This document shows, piece by piece, positions 20,614 through 29,998 of a DNA stretch of 64,000 nucleotides; the stretch's first letter is position 1, and each line of letters opens with the position of its first letter. The position numbers and the translations under genes are program-made. Source of the DNA: Nostoc sp. DedSLP01 (lineage in GTDB: Bacteria; Cyanobacteriota; Cyanobacteriia; Cyanobacteriales; Nostocaceae); contig JAVRCJ020000004.1 of NCBI GenBank assembly GCA_034530875.2, positions 96,001-160,000 of the forward strand, in the 5' to 3' direction. The notes below the pieces were generated by a model. The model ran no database searches and was not told the origin of the DNA. It saw only the letters and a list, made by a program, of their open reading frames with translations.

Positions 20614-21699
20614 TTAACCGCGATCGCTACCTAAACTAACCAAACTGCGTAAGCGTCCATTTTGAGAAAACTTTTCTTTTATAATTTGTTGATAAACTGC
20701 TTCATAGCCATCAACCATTTGTTTAATGCTGAAACGGTTTTCTACATATTGCCGACAAGCATAACGGTCTAACTCTGTTACTTTGTCAATCGCACTGATA
20801 CATTCTTCGATATTATTGCAAAGGAAACCTGTTTTACCGTGAGAAATTACCTCTTGGGTAGATCCCAATTTCATCGCAATTACAGGTGTACCGGAAGCCA
20901 TTGATTCAACCATCACTAAACCAAACGGTTCGCGCCAAGTGATGGGCAATAAAGTTGCAACAGCACCTCCCATGAGGGCATTTTTTTGAACATGGTTCGC
21001 TTCACCTAAATACTGAATTTGCTCGCCATCAATATGCGGTTTGATTATTGTTTCAAAATATTCGACATCAACAACATCAACCTTCCCCGCCATTTTTAAA
21101 CGCCAACCACTTTGTTTGGCAATTTCTATAGCTAAGTGTACTCCCTTCTCTGGCGATATTCGACTTAAAAATACCAGATAGGGCGGTTCTTCTGGTTGTG
21201 GGTGAAACTCATAAGTGTTGACATCGATGCCGTTGTAGACTGTTGCTACATAGTTCAGCCCTAATCTTGGTTCTCGTTGGGCATCGGAAATACTGATGTA
21301 TGGTTGGTTTTTACTAAAACTGTACAGCTTTTCGTTATCAGAGGTAAAAATACCATGCAACGTATGAACCGTGGGAGTTTTGACTAGATTTGCATAAGGT
21401 AGCGCCCCACACCCGATATGAGAATGAATAATATCAAACTCTTCTGCTCGTTCGTAGACCGAAGCTAGTTCCAGCATTTCGTAAATGCTGTAATCTTTAA
21501 TAGTGCGATCGTTTCTTAGGGCATGGGGACAAACTGACACTAGTTTTGCCAAAGTAATAGAATCTCCCGACGCGAACAAAGTTACTTCATGTCCGCGTCG
21601 CACTAGTTCATCAGTTAGCAACCCCACTACTAACTCTATGCCACCATAAGCTGGAGGCGGTACTCTCTCCAATAATGGAGCTACTTGAGCAATTCGCAT
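20614..21699 (-). CDS. Glycosyltransferase family 4 protein
   Basis: VPPPAYGGIE, RISPEKG and EPFGLVMVESMASGTPV motifs. Confidence 0.93.
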   Translation of the reverse strand: MRIAQVAPLLERVPPPAYGGIELVVGLLTDELVRRGHEVTLFASGDSITLAKLVSVCPHALRNDRTIKDYSIYEMLELASVYERAEEFDIIHSHIGCGALPYANLVKTPTVHTLHGIFTSDNEKLYSFSKNQPYISISDAQREPRLGLNYVATVYNGIDVNTYEFHPQPEEPPYLVFLSRISPEKGVHLAIEIAKQSGWRLKMAGKVDVVDVEYFETIIKPHIDGEQIQYLGEANHVQKNALMGGAVATLLPITWREPFGLVMVESMASGTPVIAMKLGSTQEVISHGKTGFLCNNIEECISAIDKVTELDRYACRQYVENRFSIKQMVDGYEAVYQQIIKEKFSQNGRLRSLVSLGSDRG

Positions 21700-22293
21700 T
21701 ATAAACCTCCTGAATAATAAGACTTTAATAACAAGTATTTTCTTTGTGTTTGCGTAGTGCTGATACTTGATTGACTTTACCTAAGAAGTCACTTCAGTTA
21801 CTAAGCTTATTAACAATCGCATCAAAATTTTATGCTTTTGCTTGGATATTTTTTGTCTATCTTAGTAAATAAACTAACCTGCCCATAGGTGTAAATTGAT
21901 TCTAATTGATGAGCCTGGTAAAATTTTTATTTGGTCAGATTTTTTTATCAAATTTATTACCTCTAACTTGCCTAAATCTAAGCTATTAGCCGATATTAAG
22001 CTCAATAAAATGCATGATATTTGCTAAGTATCTGATTTACAGATATTTCATAAAATATAAAGTACATACTTAAATAAAAAGCGTTTTTTTAGACTCTAAA
22101 GTAGAATATGTTGTACCCAAGGGATAGATTTTCCTAAAGTTATATTTTCAATTTCTAGCGGTTGCTGCATAGATAAGGTAGATAAAAAATAAAAATATTC
22201 AACTTTGATTGTCGCTAGGCGAGACACGCGCCTGTAATCAAGGGCGTCAGGATGTTTGCACGACAAGTAGTAATTTCTTAGTAATCGCTTAGT

Positions 22294-22495
22294 TAAGCTG
22301 TTCTACGTTTTAGTTGCATAATTAAGGCGGGCTTTTCGGCCCACCCCACAAGAGTTTGATTTAATTTGATTATCGAAACAATCAAGTCTAAAACCGTACT
22401 TCGTCCAAAGTTTTTGGAATGAGGTATAAATCCTCGTTACAAAAACGCCCTCCTGCCTCCTGCCTTCGTTAAGCAATTAGATGTTTTTCAGCTTA
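22294..22495. mobile_element. Degenerate MITE-like element
   Basis: Imperfect inverted ends TAAGCTGTTCTACGTTTTAGTTGC ... GCAATTAGATGTTTTTCAGCTTA; internal REP-like (GCGGGC...GCCCACCCCAC) and CCTCCTG repeats. Confidence 0.5.
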
Positions 22496-22600
22496 GTACC
22501 GTTGCTAGCGATCGCTAAAAGTAAGACAATACCTCAAACATTGACGTTTTACATGAAGTATGCTACTTTGTATTTTCACCAATAAAAATCAACTATAAAC

Positions 22601-23404
22601 GTGAATATTTTTACACATCTCAAAAAACCGCGTGTCACATGGCAGGCGGTTTTCTCACTGCTGATATTTATGTTTATGTACCTGCCTATAATGGTACTTG
22701 GCTTTTATAGCTTTAATCAGTCACCCTATAGTGCAACTTGGCAAGGATTTACCTGGGATTGGTATGAGAAGTTGTTCCGGGACGATCGCATTTTATCAGC
22801 TTTGGAAAATAGTTTGATAGTTGCTGGTTGTGCGGTGGGAATTTCAGCCGTCATCGGCACCTTAATGGCTGTGGGTTTAGCGCGTTATCAATTTCCTGGT
22901 AAAAATTTGTATCGCGGTATCGCTTATCTACCATTAATTATTCCCGATATTGCGATCGCAGTGGCAACCTTAGTATGTTTAGCAACATTTGCCATACCTT
23001 TGAGTTTGTGGACAATAGTTGCAGCACACGTAGTCTTTTGTCTTGCTTACGTCGGACTTGTGGTTTCTTCCAGACTGACGAATTTAGATCCCCACTTAGA
23101 AGAAGCAGCATTAGATTTAGGTGCTACACCAACCCAAGCATTTATCAAAGTATTATTACCTCAATTAATGCCTGGTATTATTGCTGGTTGTCTGTTAGCC
23201 TTTGTTCTCAGCTTAGATGATTTTTTGATTGCTAGTTTCACTGCTGGTAGCGGCCATAACACCTTGCCAATGGAAATTTTTAGCCGTATTAGAACAGGAG
23301 TCAAGCCAGATATTAATGCTTTGAGTATAGTCTTGATTACCGTATCAGCGATCGTTGCTTTTGTAGCCGAACTGCTTCGTATTTCTGGAGAAAGTAAAAG
23401 TTAA
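22601..23404 (+). CDS. potC: Spermidine/putrescine ABC transporter permease
   Basis: YLPI...YSFN, EAA loop (LEEAALDLGA), SLDDF and TLPMEIFS motifs. Confidence 0.85.
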   Translation: MNIFTHLKKPRVTWQAVFSLLIFMFMYLPIMVLGFYSFNQSPYSATWQGFTWDWYEKLFRDDRILSALENSLIVAGCAVGISAVIGTLMAVGLARYQFPGKNLYRGIAYLPLIIPDIAIAVATLVCLATFAIPLSLWTIVAAHVVFCLAYVGLVVSSRLTNLDPHLEEAALDLGATPTQAFIKVLLPQLMPGIIAGCLLAFVLSLDDFLIASFTAGSGHNTLPMEIFSRIRTGVKPDINALSIVLITVSAIVAFVAELLRISGESKS

Positions 23405-23729
23405 AATCAAACTCATAATTAGCAATAAAAATTATCCATAATTATTAAGTTACCAGCGAACTTTTTTCATCCCCAACAAAAGCTATATTGAAAAATAACC
23501 ATGAATTTAGTATGTAATTTACACTAACGTCATAACACGCTATCTTAGCCAACCATACTGATATCTAAAATTCTGAATCCTGAATTTTATAAAGACCCGA
23601 GTAATCGCTTCTCTACTCCTAATATATTTAAATACATATAAAAAATTCCGTGTTCGTTTCTCTACATAACTGTTTTCAATAAGATGATATTGGGGCTAAC
23701 TTTGGAGAAGATGCTACTTTCACATCGTT

Positions 23730-25574
23730 ATGCAAATCTGCCAAAATCCCAATTGCTCAAATCCATTTAATTCTGATAGCAATAGATTTTGTATCAGTTG
23801 CGGACAAAGCAACTTTGGCAAACTTCTCAGAAACCGCTACCGCGTTTTGGGGCTATTAGGAGAAGGTGGGTTTAGCAGAACTTATGCCACAGAAGATGTA
23901 GATAGACTAAATGCCCCCTGCGTCATCAAGCAATTTTTCCCGCAATTTCAAGGAACGGCACAACGCACTAAAGCAGCCCAATTTTTCAAAGAAGAAGCTT
24001 TTCGGCTGTACGAACTGGGAGAAAATCATACCCAAATTCCCAGATTACTTGCTTATTTTGAGCAAGGTACTAGTTTGTACCTCGTACAAGAATTTATTCA
24101 AGGTAAAACCCTTTTACAAGAAGTTCAGCAACAAATTTATGGCGAACAAGAAATTTGGCAACTTTTAGCTGATTTGTTACCAGTTCTAGAATTTATTCAT
24201 GCCAGTAACATTATTCATCGGGATATTAAACCAGAAAATATTATTCGCCGTGCCAGCGATGGTAAACCAGTATTAATTGACTTTGGTGGTGCTAAACAGG
24301 TAACACAAACTAGTTTTGGCAGACAAGCTACAGTAATTTATACAGTTGGTTATGCCCCAACCGAACAAATGGCTGGATTTGCTTGTCAGGCAAGCGATTT
24401 ATATGCTTTGGGCGTAACTTGCGTGCGCCTTCTGACTCAATGTTTGCCTTTACAATATGTTTCCGGACAAATTAAAGATCCTATTTATGATGCCATGAAT
24501 GCTAAGTGGCTGTGGCGCGAAAAATTACAAGAAAAAGGTATTACTATCAGCGACGAACTAGGAAAGATTTTAGAGAAATTACTCCAACATTTACCCAATG
24601 ACAGGTATCAAACAGCAACAGAAGTTATTAAAGATTTGGAATTTACAAAATTAAACTTGGAACCTGTTGCGCTCAAAATGGTTTCCATTCCCAAACCCAT
24701 ATTATCGCTGCCACGACCAAAAATAATAGTACCATTACCGCCTTTAAAAACTTTTGAATTTGATGTCGTGACAGTAGACACAGGAAGTAGAGAAGTTAGC
24801 CGCGTTAGTCGTAGTGCAGAATTTTTTGCGGAAGAATTGGGTAAGTCTGTCAGCCTGGAAATGGTATCAATTCCTAGCGGTACGTATATGATGGGTTCGC
24901 CAGAGTTTGAAGGAGATGCTGACGAATGTCCTCAACGCCAAGTTACTGTAAAACCATTTTTTATGGGAAAATTTCCTGTAACTCAAGCACAGTGGAGAGT
25001 GGTAGCAGCTTTACCCAAAGTCAAACAAACCTTAAATCCTAATCCATCAAAATTCAAAGGTTTAGATAGACCAGTAGAAAATGTATCTTGGTACGAAGCT
25101 GTAGAATTTTGTCTCAGGCTATCAGAAAAAACTGGACGCGACTATCGTTTACCGAGTGAAGCTGAATGGGAATATGCTTGTCGTGCTGGAACTAAGACAT
25201 CCTTTCACTTTGGCGAAACCATTACCAGTGATTTAGTTTGCTGTGCTGACGAACCAAAAAGCAAATTCCGCAAAGAAACAACAAACGTAGGCAGTTTTGA
25301 AGTAGCGAATGCTTTTGGATTGTACGATATGCACGGGCTAGTTTGGGAATGGTGCGCCGACCCGTGGCATAACAATTATCATGATGCGCCTGCCTATGCA
25401 AGTGTTTGGGAAGTCGGGGGTGATATGCATCGCCGGGTGTTACGCGGTGGTTCTTGGAATTTCAGCGCCGAACTTTGTCGCAGCGCCAGCCGTAGTTGGA
25501 ATGAGTCAGACGGCGGGTTGAGGATTTGTGGCTTTCGGGTGGTATTTTCTAGCGAAGGAATACCGGAATATTAG
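23730..25574 (+). CDS. Ser/Thr protein kinase with N-terminal 4-Cys motif and C-terminal FGE-sulfatase (CLec-fold) domain
   Basis: CQNPNC..CISC, GEGGF, HRDIKPEN, DFG; RLPSEAEWEYACRAG, FGLYDMHG and RGGSW...GFRVV. Confidence 0.93.
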   Translation: MQICQNPNCSNPFNSDSNRFCISCGQSNFGKLLRNRYRVLGLLGEGGFSRTYATEDVDRLNAPCVIKQFFPQFQGTAQRTKAAQFFKEEAFRLYELGENHTQIPRLLAYFEQGTSLYLVQEFIQGKTLLQEVQQQIYGEQEIWQLLADLLPVLEFIHASNIIHRDIKPENIIRRASDGKPVLIDFGGAKQVTQTSFGRQATVIYTVGYAPTEQMAGFACQASDLYALGVTCVRLLTQCLPLQYVSGQIKDPIYDAMNAKWLWREKLQEKGITISDELGKILEKLLQHLPNDRYQTATEVIKDLEFTKLNLEPVALKMVSIPKPILSLPRPKIIVPLPPLKTFEFDVVTVDTGSREVSRVSRSAEFFAEELGKSVSLEMVSIPSGTYMMGSPEFEGDADECPQRQVTVKPFFMGKFPVTQAQWRVVAALPKVKQTLNPNPSKFKGLDRPVENVSWYEAVEFCLRLSEKTGRDYRLPSEAEWEYACRAGTKTSFHFGETITSDLVCCADEPKSKFRKETTNVGSFEVANAFGLYDMHGLVWEWCADPWHNNYHDAPAYASVWEVGGDMHRRVLRGGSWNFSAELCRSASRSWNESDGGLRICGFRVVFSSEGIPEY

Positions 25575-25734
25575 CTTTTTTTCAACGCAAAGGTACGCAA
25601 AAGTAAACGCAAAGGTACGCGGAGGTTTTTTAGAGAATCATTAGGCGCATTTTCATAGAGAATTGGCATGAATTGGAAACTAAAGTTGAAAAACTGCTAA
25701 TATTAATCAAAAATTGAAACTTTTAGAGGTGTAA

Positions 25735-26088
25735 ATGAGTGAAATTCCTCTTTGTACTATAGTGATTTCATCCCAGCTGCCTCCAAATGAAATAGAGTCT
25801 TTAGAAACATCCCTGGAGATGAATTCAATCAAAGTGCAAAAGTCACCCAGTCGGATAATAGGTGCAGATGACATAGTTTTTGTGGCTACAGTTATTGGAG
25901 GGATAGCAGCAACAGCCAATTTGATAGAGTACAGTATCAAAGTCGCTAAGGCAATCAATAATTGGCGGCAAAAATTGCGAGAAAAAGGAACAGAACCAAA
26001 AGGCACGTTAGAACACCCAAAACGTCCCCCACTGGATTTAAGCACCGCTACTGATGAAGAAATAGAAGAATGGCTGTCTCAAAAGTAG
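25735..26088 (+). CDS. Small protein with a central Gly/Ala-rich hydrophobic helix (EACC1-like, tentative)
   Basis: RBS GAGGTG; segment IIGADDIVFVATVIGGIAATANLI followed by W-R-x-K; overlaps the next ORF by 19 nt. Confidence 0.7.
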   Translation: MSEIPLCTIVISSQLPPNEIESLETSLEMNSIKVQKSPSRIIGADDIVFVATVIGGIAATANLIEYSIKVAKAINNWRQKLREKGTEPKGTLEHPKRPPLDLSTATDEEIEEWLSQK

Positions 26089-29000
26089 CTAACAAAATTC
26101 CCCTTAGTCCAGGTTTAGAAAAAGTTACTAAACAAGATAATTCGTTCAGCAATCAAATTCTAATTTTGTTTTCAGCCCCTCTGTTGACTGAAGAGTTATC
26201 GCCAGTCGAAAATTTATCGATTCAGGAAGAAATTGATGCCATCGCTTTGGTGTTAGAGGATATATCTCACCCTATAGCAGTGGAAATAGTAGTTAAAGTA
26301 GCCACTTCACAGAATCTACAAGATGTGTTATCCCATCGTGTCAAACCACTGATTATTCATTTTATTGGTCATGGAATGAAAGATGGGGATAGTACAGCTT
26401 TGGTGTTAGAAGATGAAGTGGGGATTACTCGCTCTTTTAGTGAAGAAGAATTAGATATTGCTTTATCAAATCAAAAACAACCACCCTGTCAATTAGCATT
26501 ATTGAACGCCTGTCATTCAGAAAAGTTAGCTCAAGCTTTTATCAAAGCGGAAGTGTCTCATGTCATTGCGGTTAACGCCGAAGATAGAATTCTAGATGTT
26601 GCAGCCCGATGTTTTTCTCGACGAGTGTATCAGGCACTATTCAATCAAGATTCTGTTGCGAATAGTTTTTTATTAAGTCGTAATGCAGTTAAACTTGATG
26701 ATAAATTAAGAAAACTATTTAACTCTCAAACTTTTCAGCAAGGAGTTAATTTCGATGAAGCCTTCAAATTTCGATTGCTACCTCAAGCTTCTCATCATGA
26801 ATCGCTGATTATAGAACCAACAGATTCTCACCAGGTTATCTATCCCCAATGGTCAAATACTAATATTCCCCGTTACGATCCAAACTTTGTAGGACGCAGA
26901 CAAGAAATACATCAAGTAATTAAAGCACTAATAGAGTCCGATAAACGTTGTATTGCTCTACATGGGATGGGAGGAATCGGTAAAACTGCCTTAGCTTATG
27001 CTATTGGTCAGTGGTTACATGAACGCAACCGCTATAAGGATGGCGTTTGGTTTATTAGTTTGCGCGATACTGATTCTGTAGGAACGCTGATTACTAAAGT
27101 TAAACAGAGTCTCGAATTAAATAGTTTTGCTTTAGAGAAAGAGTTAAGAAATAGTCGAGTGTTGTTGATTCTTGATGATTTAGATAAATTGATTGAGAAA
27201 GAATCTGATGAACTCATTGAAGTTTTAAACTCACTTTTAGAACAGTGTCCTCATTTAAGGCTATTGTTGACTTCCCGCGATTCTCTTGTTAGGGATATTG
27301 TTTATTGCCATCAAGAAGAAGTTTGTAGCATGGGAGCATCAGAAACGAGAGAAATATTTAAAAAGTATGCGCCATCGCCAGCAGGATGGGGAGATAATGA
27401 TTTGGCAGAAGATTTTAATCTTTTAGTACAGTTTCTTGATGGTTATCCTTTACCCATTAAACTCGCAGCATCTTATATGGCAGAAACTCAATGCACTCTT
27501 AAGATGCTGTGTGAAGACTTGGACATTGAACCACTGGAAGTTCTTCGTTCTTATTCTCCTGAAGCAAGAAAAGAAAGAAGTCTGCGGATAACATTAGAGC
27601 GTTCTTTTGAAATGTTATCGGTAGAAGGGCAAGATATATTTCCTTTGTTAGCTTTCTTTCCTAGTGGATTAAGTCGGGATTTGGCGAGGGCTGTTTGGGG
27701 TAGAAGCGGAAATAAGGCTGTAATAGAACTGTTTAAGTTTTCAATGGCAGAAAAGTCTTCTACTGCATCTGATTGGAGAGTAACTTTGCCCGAACCTGCT
27801 CGTACTTATGCAGAAAGTAAATTACAAAAAGGAAGACGAATTGACTATCTTGCTCCGCAAGTTATGGATTTTTATTGTGGTAATTTCTGCAACAAAGTTC
27901 TCCAGTTTTTTGACAATGGAGATAAGAATAAAGGACAGCAATTACTTCTGGAAGAAAACTCAAACTTAGTTTCATTTCTTCAATGGGGTTACGAGAATGA
28001 AATAAGTTCAGATAAAATCTGTCGCAGTGCAAGGATAACAGCTTCCTTAAGTCCTTATTGGCGATGGATTGAAGCGAATCAAGACCCTTTGGCTAGATTG
28101 GAATTGGCAATCAAGGCAGCCCAAAGAAATCAGGATCGAGTGGGAGAAGATTTAGTGAGCAATGCCATCGCTGCTTTTTCTTCTAGAGAAGTATTTAAAG
28201 ATGTTCAATCTTGCGGACGAGAAAGTGATGCGTTAAACTCCTTTGAGTTTGAAACTGTCACCGTAAATCGTTGGGGCAAAATCATCGAACGAGAAACCAA
28301 GCAAGCCCAACACTTTAGCGAAGACCTGGGTGAAGGTATCACCTTAGAAATGGTCGTCATCCCCGGTAATACATTGATGATGGGTTCCCCAAAAGGGGAA
28401 GGATATCGCTCTGAAAAACCTCAGCATGAAGTGACAGTTCCATCCTTCTTCATGAGTAAGTATCCAGTCACCCAAGTACAATGGCGAGCCGTAGCAGCAC
28501 TACCCCAAGTTAACCGCGACTTAGAACCAGAACCATCGCGGTTTAGAGGAGATAACCGACCAGTAGAGCAAGTTTCCTGGTACGATGCGGTGGAATTTTG
28601 CGATCGCCTCTCCCAACATATAGGCAAAAGCTACCGCCTGCCTAGTGAAGCGGAATGGGAATATGCTTGCCGTGCTGGTACTGATACACCGTTTCATTTT
28701 GGAGAAACCATTACTGCTGAGTTAGCAAATTATGATGCCAGCACAACTTTTGCTGACGAACCCGAAGGAGAATATCGAGGAATAACCACCCCAGTAGGAG
28801 AATTTCCGCCTAACACCTTTGGGTTATATGATATGCACGGAAATGTCTGGGAATGGTGTCTGGACGATTGGCACGATAACTATGAAGGAGCGCCAACAGA
28901 TAGCAATCCTTGGTTTGATGATAATAATCTTTCTCAAAAAAAAGGAACAGCCGTGCTGCGGGGCGGTTCTTGGTTCAACTTTCCTAAGGACTGCCGTTTT

Positions 29001-29096
29001 GCGTCTCGCAGTCTCAACCTTAGGGCGGGGCGCGACGGCATCGACTTCAATATTGGTTTTCGTGTTGTCTGTGGGGTTACGGGGACTCTTAAGTAG
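26070..29096 (+). CDS. CHAT (caspase-like) protease + STAND/NB-ARC ATPase + FGE-sulfatase (CLec) multidomain protein
   Basis: CHAT dyad IIHFIGHG / LLNACHS; FVGR, Walker A GMGGIGKT, Walker B LLILDDLD, LLTSR, GYPLPI; C-terminal RLPSEAEWEYACRAG and RGGSW...GFRVVC. Confidence 0.9.
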   Translation: MAVSKVANKIPLSPGLEKVTKQDNSFSNQILILFSAPLLTEELSPVENLSIQEEIDAIALVLEDISHPIAVEIVVKVATSQNLQDVLSHRVKPLIIHFIGHGMKDGDSTALVLEDEVGITRSFSEEELDIALSNQKQPPCQLALLNACHSEKLAQAFIKAEVSHVIAVNAEDRILDVAARCFSRRVYQALFNQDSVANSFLLSRNAVKLDDKLRKLFNSQTFQQGVNFDEAFKFRLLPQASHHESLIIEPTDSHQVIYPQWSNTNIPRYDPNFVGRRQEIHQVIKALIESDKRCIALHGMGGIGKTALAYAIGQWLHERNRYKDGVWFISLRDTDSVGTLITKVKQSLELNSFALEKELRNSRVLLILDDLDKLIEKESDELIEVLNSLLEQCPHLRLLLTSRDSLVRDIVYCHQEEVCSMGASETREIFKKYAPSPAGWGDNDLAEDFNLLVQFLDGYPLPIKLAASYMAETQCTLKMLCEDLDIEPLEVLRSYSPEARKERSLRITLERSFEMLSVEGQDIFPLLAFFPSGLSRDLARAVWGRSGNKAVIELFKFSMAEKSSTASDWRVTLPEPARTYAESKLQKGRRIDYLAPQVMDFYCGNFCNKVLQFFDNGDKNKGQQLLLEENSNLVSFLQWGYENEISSDKICRSARITASLSPYWRWIEANQDPLARLELAIKAAQRNQDRVGEDLVSNAIAAFSSREVFKDVQSCGRESDALNSFEFETVTVNRWGKIIERETKQAQHFSEDLGEGITLEMVVIPGNTLMMGSPKGEGYRSEKPQHEVTVPSFFMSKYPVTQVQWRAVAALPQVNRDLEPEPSRFRGDNRPVEQVSWYDAVEFCDRLSQHIGKSYRLPSEAEWEYACRAGTDTPFHFGETITAELANYDASTTFADEPEGEYRGITTPVGEFPPNTFGLYDMHGNVWEWCLDDWHDNYEGAPTDSNPWFDDNNLSQKKGTAVLRGGSWFNFPKDCRFASRSLNLRAGRDGIDFNIGFRVVCGVTGTLK

Positions 29097-29168
29097 CCCT
29101 TTATACTTTTTACCTTTTGCACTTTACACTTGTTCTTTTTTTCTTTTCTTTTGTCGCCATAAGGCGAC
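28953..29168 (+). other. Putative DGR variable region with downstream pyrimidine tract and hairpin
   Basis: Non-conserved codons between RGGSW and GFRVV end almost always in C/T; hairpin GTCGCC-ATAA-GGCGAC at 29153-29168. Confidence 0.65.
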
Positions 29169-29211
29169 TCGATTTTTTTAACATCTTTTGAAGTTAAAGT
29201 TGATGACGAAC

Positions 29212-29345
29212 CAATACGGTTCGGTTAAGGTTTTTTCATGAAAATTTTAGATCCCAAAGAAGCGATAAATCGCCGTCTCTACAAAAATCAATCCTTTGTA
29301 GAGACGGCGATTTATCGCGTCTCTTGCCTTAACCGAACGGTATTG
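29212..29345. mobile_element. 134-bp MITE with 19-bp TIRs carrying an inverted pair of REP-like units
   Basis: CAATACGGTTCGGTTAAGG / CCTTAACCGAACGGTATTG (18/19); degenerate 10-bp flanks GATGACGAAC / GATAACAAAT; internal GCGATAAATCGCCGTCTCTACA...TGTAGAGACGGCGATTTATCGC. Confidence 0.8.
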
Positions 29346-29644
29346 GATAACAAATCTCCTACAAGCAAAAGAAAACTTCTTCACAGAGAGTTAAGTTTTG
29401 AAATCCAAAATTGATATTTTTTGAAAAAATACCGGAAATCTACTTACAGTTTTGTAGAGTGCTGCCAATTCTACATAATTTACACCCGTTAAAACTTGGA
29501 AATTATCAATAAAAATTTTGGCAAGAGTAGTTGATATGTATAAAATTATACCTTAACATTAAAGCATGACAAAGGCGATCGCCCTTTCCGCCAAGATCGA
29601 TGCGATCGCCTTTAGTCACCCCCCTACAGGAGATAGATACAATC

Positions 29645-29920
29645 ATGACACAATTGCCAAAATCTGCCCAATCGAAGTTAGAGCAGTTCATAGGTGAAAA
29701 TTTAGATACACCCACCCCCAAAGAATTTCCCCAACAGCGACTTTCTAAAAGAGAGCCAATTAAGCACACGCTGACGGGTTCATCCAAAGCTGTTATCAGT
29801 ACAATTCACCATTTGCAAGTAATTGGCTACGCCAGTGTCGGAGACTGGAGTCCGCTGGTACCAACTGGTAAACCAGATGAGGTAATGAGCATTTTAATCC
29901 GTTACATTCTAATGCAATAA
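29645..29920 (+). CDS. Hypothetical small protein (cyanobacterial accessory family)
   Basis: ORF with RBS AGGAG upstream of the ATG at 29645 (ORF track starts at 29600); C-terminal TIHHL...GYA..GDWSPL motif. Confidence 0.7.
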   Translation: MTQLPKSAQSKLEQFIGENLDTPTPKEFPQQRLSKREPIKHTLTGSSKAVISTIHHLQVIGYASVGDWSPLVPTGKPDEVMSILIRYILMQ

Positions 29921-29927
29921 CCCAAAT

Positions 29928-29956
29928 GTAGAGACGTTGCAATGCAACGTCTCTAC
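29928..29956. repeat. GTAG-type REP-like palindrome
   Basis: GTAGAGACGTTGCAATGCAACGTCTCTAC; related copy at 30868-30891. Confidence 0.8.
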
Positions 29957-29998
29957 TATATTAATTATCTGCCTTTATGATTTCAGCGAGGTAACGCG

